Under the pieces are notes generated by a model, which worked only from the letters and a program-made list of their open reading frames with translations, was not told the origin of the DNA and ran no database searches. A program made the position numbers and the translations under genes. Positions 48,301-60,300 of a stretch of 64,000 nt of DNA are shown here, in pieces. Source of the stretch: Tubiluchus corallicola (lineage: Eukaryota > Animalia > Priapulida); contig JAQGDQ010000538.1 in NCBI GenBank assembly GCA_030141605.1, forward strand, positions 62,001-126,000. The letters are read 5' to 3'. Within the stretch, counting starts at the first letter, position 1, and each line of letters begins with the position of its first letter.

Positions 48301-51300
48301 TACAAAGTTTAAACAATTTGGCTCTAAAGTATCAAAGTCAGATAAAGATTTCATAACCTTATTAGCTAAAAATACTGACATTCTCCAATTATTTATCACT
48401 GGAATACATACGATACTATCTAATAGCCTGTTAATAGGGTTATTGATGTTTTTCTACAATCTGGTGTATTTCAGTTTTGTAATCAAGCATTTTTCTGTGA
48501 GAATATAACAACGAATGCTTCCTTGTTCCAGTTAAATATAGTACGAAGGCTAACACTAACGTCACAACTGAGGCAGAACACTTAAAGACCAAGGAGAGAC
48601 ATCTGAGCTTGAGTTTTTGGCATACAAAAACATAACTTATTATTATTGCACTTCGGTTTGGACTAAAAAACCAAAATGCGTTCTTTAGTTTTGAAACATT
48701 GCAACCCAAATGTTTGGAATAAATGAAAACGGAAGTGTGCAAAACTGAAGTTGAAGCTGTTTCTGCTAACTCCAATTATTAACTGTTAACTTCTGCTGAC
48801 TCTGCCAACATTACAAAATCAACACTAAACTGCAATATAATACAACTTTAACTTTACCAAACAAGTTACATTGTAGGTCCTCGAGTTTCCTGATCCTTCA
48901 AGTTTGATTTGTTGTTCTAAAAAGTAAATACTCTGATTAAATGCAAATTACAGGTACTACATAAGATAAACCTTGAAAACACGAAATAATTACCCTTGTG
49001 GTGTCTGCTTTATCTTTCCTGTATGAGTACACTAGCAGGACAAAGTAAATTATCCAAATCAGTACAACTAGCAGTACCGTTACAGGGTTGTCGTAAAAAG
49101 TCAAAAACAATTGAGCCTCTTCAAATGGTCGTATCTCGTTTGGCGTTACAAGAAAGCTGCCTGCAAAGGTGGTCATGTGATAACATACACAGTGCATTCT
49201 CTTTTCCGTTGTAAGATGTCCCAACTGTCAACAAAAAAGTAGTTTGACATGAGTTAACATATGTAAGAAATTTTAACACCCAATAATTTTAACCGTGGCA
49301 TGCTTCGTCAACTTTTTCAAGTGGACTAAAAATCAATAAAATATATAATGGTAAATACACAAATATATGCACAAGTTTTTATAGCAAAAATAAGATTTCT
49401 AAAACGTTTTAAAAAAAGAATACATTGGAGAAGAATGTTTGCCTTTGTTATAATTCATATTTAAATTAATACTAAAAACTAATAAAGTTTATTTTTACTT
49501 ACAGGTTTAGACCAAGGTAAAAATATAGAAATTCCCTTATAAAACATAAATAGGTTATCACTCTCAGTTAGAATCATGTTTAAACTATTACTGGCTAAAA
49601 TTAAGTGATAAAACTACAAAAAACTAGACTGATATGCTAAAAACTATGTAGAACTTTATATAAAGAGCAGTTTTGACTGAATGAAGAAATTTGAAACTGC
49701 TCTGACAGTGTTTTGTAAGTAACAAAATAATTAACACAAGCGAGTTCTTGGCCATTCAGTGGAACGGGTGTGAATAATAGACAAAAACTAGAATCAATGC
49801 CACTAGATGGAGCTAGCAAAAAAAAACCAATGGTAGCAGAGAAAGCAGGGATACCAGAAGATTATTAATGAACCATTCTGTTTTTTAATTGAATAATGGT
49901 TAGAGCATGCTTAAATGATATGCTTCCTTAATCATAAGGTCATATTTTTTCTGAGCTCTGTCAATGATCTTGAAATTGTGTAATGGGGTAATTGCAGCAG
50001 GCAAAATGTGCTTTGTCTAGTTTACTATGACTATATGTCTGTGGTCGGGTAGTCATGCCCATCTAATTATTGCTGCAGCCGCAACATTTAAATTTGCATA
50101 TTAAAGGCAGGCCTCGATCTGCTGCTGATTACTTTTTTTCTGATACGTAAGATATAAAAAAACAAATGTTAGTGAGGACAAATATTGGTCTAATGGGTGT
50201 TCCCTTAAAAATTATGCTGATTTCTCAATGCTGCGATCATTGATAAAATGTAACTTCATGTTAGCTGTTATCAATGCTGCAATTTTAGCAAGGTTGCAAA
50301 GATGTCATCAGTATAATTGTCTGTAAAAAGCTGGTTAGCTTTATTAGTTCAGGTATCCACAACTGCCTCTCGCATTTTTATTTTACATTTCCTTGTTGCA
50401 TATGAAGATACAATTTATTAATCTGAGTGTTTAACCATGATACTATTTCAAATAGCAAACTGTCATTAACTATAAGTTTTTCGCACTTCTTTCAATGGGC
50501 TGGCAGCACATTTTTTCCATTGTCCAAAATGATGTAAAAATGGAAAAAATAGACAATTTTGCATAATCACAGCATTACCGTTACTATAATAAATATTTCC
50601 TTGAATGTTTAATAAAAATAATATACAGTATAAATGTTTGGTTTGAGAAGGAAAATGCAGAAGTTTTGAAGATCCAGAATGTCACAATATATGGCAGGTG
50701 ATTATCGATGGTGATGTTTGTATCTGCTTAAGGTTTTCCTTCACAGTTCTTATATACTGCTCATTTTGTGGACATAATTATTTGTAGTGTGTTAATCGGT
50801 TTATCATTTGTGAATGTAAAATTTTGTTTTTCATTGTCATTGGACAAAGCCATGCCATACCTGCTATTGTAGTTTGCACTAAGTGTTGTAGCTTTTACAG
50901 AAAAAACTGTATTATATTCCAATCTCCAAAAAGTAATAATTCCAATTTGCTGACCAATTTGGTGTTTTATATATTATTATCTATACTGGTTTAAAGAATA
51001 TTTGGATTACGAGTGCTTTTTGTTTGACTGCATACACTGAATCAAAATGAAACACATTTTCTTCAAGATACCTCCCCCTCTGACTGCCCAAAAACTGGTG
51101 TTTGTTAATTACTTTATTAGTTACAGCATGCTGTCTTAAACATTGAAGCAGAACTTTAATATAGTGCACTTACAGAAATAAATCAGTAAGTTACTCAAAG
51201 TTCAAAATTATAACATAAATTTGAATGAATTTTTGAGCTAGTAGGTACTTGAATAGTTGAAATTATTTTATATTGACTGCATATAAGCATCAGAATTCCT

Positions 51301-54300
51301 GACTTGCTTCACCAGATTCATTTAAACGATTCCTTGCATTATGCTCTTTTTTACAGGCCATTCTAGGTTACCAAGGCTACGAATGATAAGGACACATACC
51401 AAACATCCTTCGCTTCTAAACTCCTCATTTTTCTCATCCCAGTACACGCAACGGGAGTTATAAAAACCGACAGTAAAGTTCACTGGCATTACGTTAGGTT
51501 CATCTGAAACAAAACAAATGCAATTCTACAACATAGTAGCACAAAAAGATTTTTAAGATAACAGGCCTTATTTAACAAGTTTAAGAAAGAGGTTTAAACT
51601 GATACACTGATAACAACATCTTTTTTAGTATTACTTTAACTGATAATCACACACCTGCTGGAGTATTGTTTGCTTCGAGATAACAAGGAAGTGTCTGCAC
51701 ATTATCACGTGGACCTCCTATGAACCACCTCATGCACGGACAAGTGTAGACAAGATACCCAAGTTCTATTATCAGCTAGAGAAGTAAAAGAACAAAGTTA
51801 AATGCAAATATTAAACAATAAGATGATTCATGTAAACATATCATTGCCAGTAAGTTATGCATTTGTAACTTACATCAACAGTTTGATAATTGTATACCTT
51901 AATTATAATACATATACTTGTATACAGTCGAAAAAAAGCACTCAATCCAAATATCTTTTAAAGCAGTATAGATGGTCATATAAACATCAAATTGTTCAGC
52001 AAATTGGAATTATTACATTTGGGAGGTTGTGATATAATGCAGTTTCTTCTGTAAAAGCAGCAACATTTAGTGCAAACTACAACAGCAGGTATGGCATGGC
52101 TGTGTCCAATGACAATGAAAACCAAGTACGATATTCACAAATGATAAATTACCTGAGCCAACAAAGATGACTAAATCAGGTGTATTAAATATTGCAATAT
52201 GTAGAGAGAAAAAATAACCAAATAATCAAAAATTACACAAACATAAGAGAAAGTGCACCTATGCACAAATGGTTTGTCAAAATTATGAGTTTACTAGTTC
52301 TAACAGGTATAAAATTGGTATGCCACTATGTTGTAGGTACTTTAATTAATTGTAGGCGTTAGTTAGTGCATTTACAAAATATAATCATCTTCGCAAGTGC
52401 ATACTATACAGCTTAAAAAATAATGATTCTTCCTGAGCAATTGATGAGCATAGCTAACAAGCAATTATTTACTATTTCATGAGACTATTGTGACTACTGT
52501 CTACCAACAGCCTAATTATATATGTGTCACTAAAAGCGGCATTTGCCACATCAGAACCTTAGTCATGCCACAAAATTATTCTGAATAAATTTAAAAGAAT
52601 TGTTACATTTAAACATTTATCTTTCTACGTGGTTGCTATGGTTACTGTCTATCATAGCAACACCATTCATATGCCCATTAAAAGTGATGCTCGTCACACC
52701 AAACCCCTAGTTAACCATGCCTGAAAATTATTTTGAATGTTTCAAAAGATAGTTAGTATTGCAAATATTACCATAACAACAGGCCATTTATAATTGTAGC
52801 AAGGGTGCTTTTTAACATTTTCGTCTCATGCACAATTGTGCCATTTCATGTTGCATGTTTTCAAGTACTAACATTTTATAAACTTCACCTTTTTTCAATA
52901 AAAGGGCTAAAATAAGATAAACTTGCTAGTCATTGTGCGCCAAACACTTGCAAAAAAAGTGAAAAGTTTTTAGTTGTAGAAAAATATTGCTTTCAAAACT
53001 CACTTTTAAATATGTGACTTAGCAGATATCACCCCCACATCTTACGTTACGGTGACATGAGTGATTGCAGTCCATCACATCATATAATATTAATTACTGA
53101 CCACAGGGATTAAACTAGCTACTGAATTTCTAGACATAACAATAAAACTGGCACTCTGTCAAGAATCCAAATGCCAAAAAATCGTTTCATGGTGAGTAGC
53201 TGAATGATTTAGAGCTCACAAGATGTTATGTCGAGGACAATAGTCATACAATTATTATACCATTAATTAAGAGTGCTATTTAGAAGACTATATGAAAGGC
53301 ACTACAAACTGCTAATTGGCATGGAATGCCCTTGAGACTTTCAATAGTATTTAGTTGACTCGATCCTCATTTCAATTGTGGAATACAGAAATACACAATA
53401 TAATAATCTAGTTAGCTCGAAATATATTCTCGAGTGCTGTGCTCAAGATATAGTCTAGTTAGCTTGAGATATTATCTAGCAAAATCGAAATCATTTTCTG
53501 GAGCCCTCGAGATATTCTCTCGAATTAGGAAAAATAATGCAATATCCCTTACAGGCTTCCGTAGTACATTACGAGCAAACTTAACAATTCTGTTCAGTAA
53601 CCAGTCCATATTAATTAGGTGTTATAAACACTGAACAGACTGTACAACGCAGATGCCGTAAACACTGACAAATTGAACTGAATTAACAACACGGAGGAAT
53701 AATTAATAGTATTTTTATTACTGTTTGATAAAGACGAAACAAAATGCTTCTTACATGAATCTCTGGCTCCATCAGTTAACTTAGGTAGCTACTGTAAACA
53801 TACTTCATGGTGCATGTGCCTTACACTTTCTGTGCAGTAACAATCCTCAGCACTGCATGTCCAAACTAATACAATAATTAGCCATTTCCAATAGTCAATT
53901 TAATAATATCTTTTAAATTTCAATTCTCAAGAAGATTTTTCATTCAATGCTAATATTGTCGGTTTTCTTTTTTCTCTGTAACTACTGTAACTAAAGAGAA
54001 AAGAAGCTTGTTTCGGGACAGAGAAGTGGATTATTCCGCAGAGAAAAAATTTCTTCCTATAGATGCATACCAATAATCTAGCTAAATAAAAAACACCTGG
54101 TTCACCTTTTCTAATAACCAGCCGGGGGCCAATCCTGAATTATCCTCCCATATTGTGACATTCAGGATGGTCCCAACTGCTACATTTTTCTTCTCAAACC
54201 AATCAACTCTGAAAGTAGAAGTAAGATCTGAAATTAACTGGTAAAGATAATGAAGGTAAATGACTATCGCACTAGTAAGCTAAGTACGGGCTATTATGAC

Positions 54301-57300
54301 TTAAGATGGTAGTATCCACAGTGTTTGAGACGGCCATGCCGACAACCCATTTGTGTTTAATGGCACTTCATTACAACAAAATGCACCGCTAAATGGAGCT
54401 GTAATTCTATAGATAATAATGTAAATATTTGGGAATGGTATACCAATAGCAACTTACAGGCAGTATTGCTGGCTTGTGTAAGTCAAACATTTTATGAATC
54501 CTATATACATTTGCCTACATGTTAGACATTGTTTTGTATTAAACAGTCAATGAAGTAATGTTAGTGTTGTTGTATTATAGTTATAGTTAGATACATATAT
54601 AGTTAACAATGTAATGTTACAAAATACACAAAATTTCAGATTTTGCAGCATTTACAATAATCAATGAATATGTGTGTGTGCGTGTGTGTGTGTGTGTGCG
54701 TGCGTGTGTGCGTGTGTACGTGTATGTGCGTTTTAAATTTCAAATTCTGCACACAGATTTCAAATTTAATTTTAATAATTTAACAATACAGGTTTCTTTT
54801 TTGTTTGCATTGTTATGTCCAAAATCCAATAAAATGTTAAAGATAATCCTTTTACTAAGCCACATAATTCTTTAACATAAATCTCTGAACCTACTAAGAT
54901 GTCTTAGCCACGTTTAAGTGTGCGCATAATATACATCATCCTCAGGGGGAGAAATAAGCAGAGGCAGACACCCATCATTAGAAACCTGGTTCATTCTCAT
55001 TCATCTGATTAACTATTAAAGCCAGCACATACCGTTACTATTTAGCTATTCCTATTTCAAGTTACTTTTGAAAATGACTACAAGCTAGGATATGCGCAGA
55101 AAGACCTACAACTTCATAAAAAAAGATGTTTTGAATCTTTCAATAATCTACTTGAAACATTTTATATCAATGTTTAATATTAAGTTTGCATAAAACTGCA
55201 GTATTTATAAACAAAATGTTTGTTATAATGATTTTTATATACCAACAAGACCATTTTTTACATACACAATTAATACATAACTCAAAGATTTTTGGGAACA
55301 AGGAAGCTATTTTTACTAAATAATTTACGATATAAACTTACCTAGCACGTTCATGATTATCAAGAAAACTATCCAGTATCATTTCTCTTGTTGTCCCGTG
55401 ACTACCATGTATAACGACATACACAACTGCACTGGTACCACTATGTGTTACATCTGCTGTTACAGTACCAATTCGGTATGTAACAAGGCCTGAAACTACA
55501 AAGACAAACAACGAGTTTATAATACTTTTACAACATTGCTAACTCTACTCTTAGTATTGAATTATGACATAATCTAGATTAGTCTATCATGCAAAGTGTA
55601 AGTTAAGGCAGTCATTTTACACAAAGATTTGTACCCGCTAATAAAAAGCATGAACTGAAAACTCTAAAAAATTATTGTACCTTGAGGCATTAAGTGAAAT
55701 CCATTAACAACTTATGTTGAACCAACTTTTTTCACATTTACTGGTGACAGATGGGTATTGCAGCGAAGACCACAAAGTATTGTAACAACAACATAGTAAT
55801 AATATTGTAATACATTGGAGTATATACATGAGTAAGCAGTCTAAGCAGCTACAGTTAAACCAGTACCCCATGTGCACGTAATGAGTGATTGTGATACATA
55901 CTGCATACATGATGCACTTTGCATTCAAGAATGCGGAAATGCTTCCAAAGGTACGTAATGCACAATAATTAATCTGCATCCATTGACCTCGATCTCTATG
56001 GTCCAGATACAAATAATATGGCAATACACAGAATAGAAGCTGTCGCTGCCTGGATGATAAAGCGCTTTTTAGCCACCTTTGGCCATTGTGACCAATTTTA
56101 AAATGCATTTCATGCAAATTCACAGCCACCTTTGGAAAGACCGGTTGCCTGGCTAGGTGGGTTTTGGTCACTTCACAAAAACATTTCCTCCCATTAAGTT
56201 TTCGAGAAGTGGATGAAGCGTGTATGTTATTCAGTAATATTCAGAATGTAGCTCAAGTTCCTTTTACCAAGTAGTGATGTAGTTGTTTCTCTGTTACAAA
56301 ATGTTCGACCTTTACACACAAAATGAGTGCTTTCTTGTTCATGTAATAGAAAAATAAGCTAATGCTGCTATTACAATTATTCCATGTTGATCAAAGTAAT
56401 GCTGAAATTTTGACAGGAGCAAAATGTTGCTTAAAAATTATTATGAATTACTCACAAACAGTAACCAAAAATCGTGGAAAAAGCACCATTAAATTTGCTA
56501 AATTGCATAGTGTTCATTAACGAGTGGAAAGAGTCGACACACATCACGGAACAGGGTGCTGATCATTGCGCGGACATGGAATCCTAATTTCATGCAATAA
56601 ATGATGAGAATGCAGTAAAAGAATTATAACAAAAAACTATCCTATAGTGCTTATCTTTTACTACCAGATTGCCACATTTGTAGTCACAAAAACCTGCATG
56701 CATATGCATATGCCATCACATTTGCTACAATATACATATGCAATAATGCAATGCATATACATATAAAACGAAAGAGATGCATTACCGTCTACAGATATGG
56801 GTTTCACATTTGCTTTTCTGGTTTTGGTAAGGGGATGCTCTTCCCACCAAATAGTGTCGCAGAAAGAATCACTTTTAAGAACAAACTTTAAGCATTCATC
56901 AGTGATGACCGATGTGCATGAATGGTACTCAGACAAACACTGTTCCATGCAATCAGACCTAATAGCAGAGTCGCATGGCAGCTGGTTACACGTGCAACTA
57001 CTGCGACATGCAGAGAGCTTGACGGAGCAGTTATTGACAAACTCGTGAGCACACACCACATACATATATCTGCAGTGCCTTCTATCAGTTTCACGACGCA
57101 GGGTTTCATTACAAGCAGCATCCGTCTTATTAATGCAGTCACTCACTGAGTAACATGGTTCAGCCGTATCATCATCGTCATCATCATCATCGTGCTCATC
57201 ATAACAATCTGCCCTTCTTAAGAAACAGTCTTCCTTACACGTGCTATTTTCACTGCTACAGTTACCAAGGCAACCATAATAGTCTGTCTCACATTCAAAG

Positions 57301-60300
57301 TTTACTGGCTTTCGACAACGCCGCTCTTTCATTATGCACTTAAAAGACACATTCATGCAGTGTTCTACCCAGTCACCATAACATGGCTGTTTCTCCATGC
57401 ATGCATCAACACTGCATGCCTCATTTGCAAGTCTAGTGCACATCTGATTATCAACCACTGAAGTATGGTTAGTACCACATGTAATATTGGCTAGACAAGC
57501 CTCGGCTTCACTTTTGCACACCAGCGAAGGTTTAAGACAAGATGGAGTGTAGTAGGAATCAAATAAAAACCCAACAAAGTATTGAGTAGTCAAGTTGTTA
57601 ACATTATGAAATTTGAGGATGTTATCGGGCAGTTCCGAAGCATATGGATCTTCCCGAGGCACAGGTAGGCGCAACACATCAGCGTCATCTTCAAAGTCTG
57701 CTAATGTAGGCCTCTGATGCAATTTGAACACAACCTTAAAATAAAAAAAACTGATGAGTTGGCAAACAATATATAGTATAATGCCTACTCTACACAATCC
57801 TTTAAAAGAATGAAATTCAAAACACCGAACTCTGTCCACACTATAAGTTTTCACTGGCAGTTACTTTGTTGAAGGGGTATTTTCTAACTTTTCTTTATTT
57901 CGGAAACATTATAGGAAAATAACTTTAGCATGTATTGAAAATGGAAGCGACATCAAAAAAAACTTCGCAAAGAAGTGAAATAAGGAGTTAGTATCAAATA
58001 TTTCGGAATTTAAAAACAGAACAGCTAAAGAAATTTTTAAACTGTATTGGATAACATCAGGTACGTATGATGACCGGACTCTCTAAGCGAGTTCTTCCAG
58101 CTATTTCATTATCGCGCAATATTATTGGCCACTCATTCCGAGAATGACAAAAATCAAGAGCATCTTGATAGTGTCAGACACGAATGACATTCACATTTCA
58201 ATGTCATTCTCGACGTCCACACGGTTCCTCAACACTGACTAATTCGAGAATGAAAGTGTTTTGAATAACCTAAAAACTTGCTGAGGTATGGTGAAGGTTT
58301 ATAAAATGGCAAACTGTTAGGTCTAATTTTAAAGAATAAAAAGGCTATTAAAAAGACAGAGCCAAGAATAAGTACATGACAATGAAGCAGGAGTATCGCT
58401 TTAAGTATAGCAATGCTTCTCACATTTTTTCTTACTAATTACTTTTTGTACTGTCACTCACTTTTCATAGATATCTGCCACAGTCTAGCTTTTAAAGTTT
58501 CAACCAACGTATGTGGCGAGTTCTAGTTCTCAAACAGTAAGGGGTGTATGCTTCTGTGTTTTCTACAGGAAAAAGCTAACTACTTCTATAGTAAATCACA
58601 ATATTGAAACTTTATGATAAAAGTGATTAATTAACATCCTTAAAGGTTGCATCTCGGCCGAAGGTATTCAGACAACCAGTTACAGGAAACGGAAGCAAAC
58701 ATATTCAGCTTAATAATTAAATATAGCAATATATTCATCTTAATAAAGTATTAATCAAGTATGTAATTTCGCTTTATCAAGTAACAATATAAATTCAAGC
58801 AAATACTATAGCTGGAATTTCATGATTTACATTAATTTTCTGAAATGTTGAGAAAGTGGATATACAAAATGAAATATTTAAAAAAAATATATTTAATAGC
58901 AAGATCAGTATATAAAAAGTTATATATATATACAAAGTTATATTATATTATATATATATATATTATCAGGAAATTAAATGAGTTACACTGAGGAAAAAAA
59001 TGAGGTAAATGTCAATCAGCAAACTTAAAATATTCATCAATAACACACTCGATCTTACATTAAGAACAGAGAAAAGACTGCAGTGAAAAATGAGCAAATT
59101 AAATACTCACATTTGAAAACAAGAAACTCAGTCTAATGATGACCGTTTTACAATTTTATCTACATGCTGCTTCAAGTTTCCCAGTGCACTTACCTTCAAT
59201 GCCACATTATCTGGCAACTCACGAGCAGCCAGCATGACATAGTTACGTGGCGTGGCAAGAATACTATGTACAGTTATATCTTTATCAGTCAGTGTGCCAG
59301 TGTTATTAGTAAAAAATGAAGCCACCCCTCTAGTATCTGCAAAAACAGAAATAATTTTATAACTTACATACAACTAAGTATATCTACACAATTCCAAGCT
59401 ACACAAATGTTATCTTACCTGGCAAATTCATAAAAAATTGTATGGGTGCACTAAAGGCTAGGGATGAGCCATTCACTCCAGTAATTTCAAGGTTCGCCAC
59501 TGCAGTGTTAATACCTTCAGATGACTTGTGCCAAAAGTATGGATTTACTTTCGAAGTAGCCAACTGGAAATATTGATAATTTACTCATGCTATAAAATTA
59601 TACAATTTACTAAAATTCAAGATGTTTTTAATTGTGAACTTTTTTTCACGAAAAAAGTAAACAGGTTAAAAACAAATAGAGTAAACAAAGCATAAGTGAT
59701 TGGACTGATATAAAATCAGCTAAAGTGCAGAATTAACATCAGCAGAAGGTATTTCACTAATTTTATTATGAGCAATAATAAATTTGCTAATAAGAAAATA
59801 AATCAGATTTCTAAAAGCACTCTCTATAAAATAAATTACAACAAACATTTTGGTCAGTGATTACCTTGCAGGCTCAATGTACAACCTAATGCTACTATTG
59901 TTGCAGCCCAAACAGCAGTAAAAAAATGTTTCAAGAGCGTGATAAAAGTTAAATACACAACCGTAATTTCGACCGTCTCATCCTTGTTTGATAGATTTAG
60001 GAATAAATCAGCTGGAGGTATTTTGAAGTGCCCGGCATTACCTCCCATATCAATTTCAGAATCTGAAGAAACAAAAAGCAAATAAAAAATGTCACAACGA
60101 GAAGCACAAACTGTCAACCAGTCACTAACTGGTTTCTTTATTCCTTATCAGAATCTCGAATGTCCCGACCTGGCTGTAAACTTCAATAATTATTGTGGAC
60201 AGACTATAATGTGTACCAGGTGCTTGTAACCTCTAAGAGCACAGGGTCAAGTAACCAAAAAGCTCAGAAAGGCTTGCACCTGGCAGTTCCTGATCCTTCT

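Larger units (their letters stand above)
49150..51503 (-). other. GPS autoproteolysis motif of the GAIN domain
   Basis: Spliced translation VNFTVGFYNSRCVYWDEKNEEFRSEGCL|LGHLTTEKRMHCVCYHMTTFAGSF, followed by the TM1 hydrophobic segment. Confidence 0.88.
51655..55489 (-). other. Second PLAT/LH2 domain, upstream of the GPS (predicted extracellular)
   Basis: Three exons translate to VTYRIGTVTADVTHSGTSAVVYVVIHGSHGTTREMILDSFLDNHERARVDWFEKKNVAVGTILNVTIWEDNSGLAPGWLLEKLIIELGYLVYTCPCMRWF, which matches the PLAT consensus throughout. Confidence 0.85.

Noticed and set aside
49665-49703. Hammerhead-like motif (ctgaatga...gaaa with gagcag/ctgctc pairing) near a Penelope remnant
   Set aside because: The core has an extra base, stem I is absent, stem II is weak, and the orientation is opposite to the element.
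53405-53565. Repeated ctcgagatat-like motifs
   Set aside because: Likely a MITE remnant, but the termini could not be defined.
57870-58100. Mariner-like transposase N-terminal fragment (TAKEIF...TYDDRTL)
   Set aside because: Too degenerate, and no paired TIR was found.
58462-58562. Possible extra polycystin exon (ag...gtgagt on the minus strand)
   Set aside because: It has stops in all three frames, and the flanking exons already join in phase 0.
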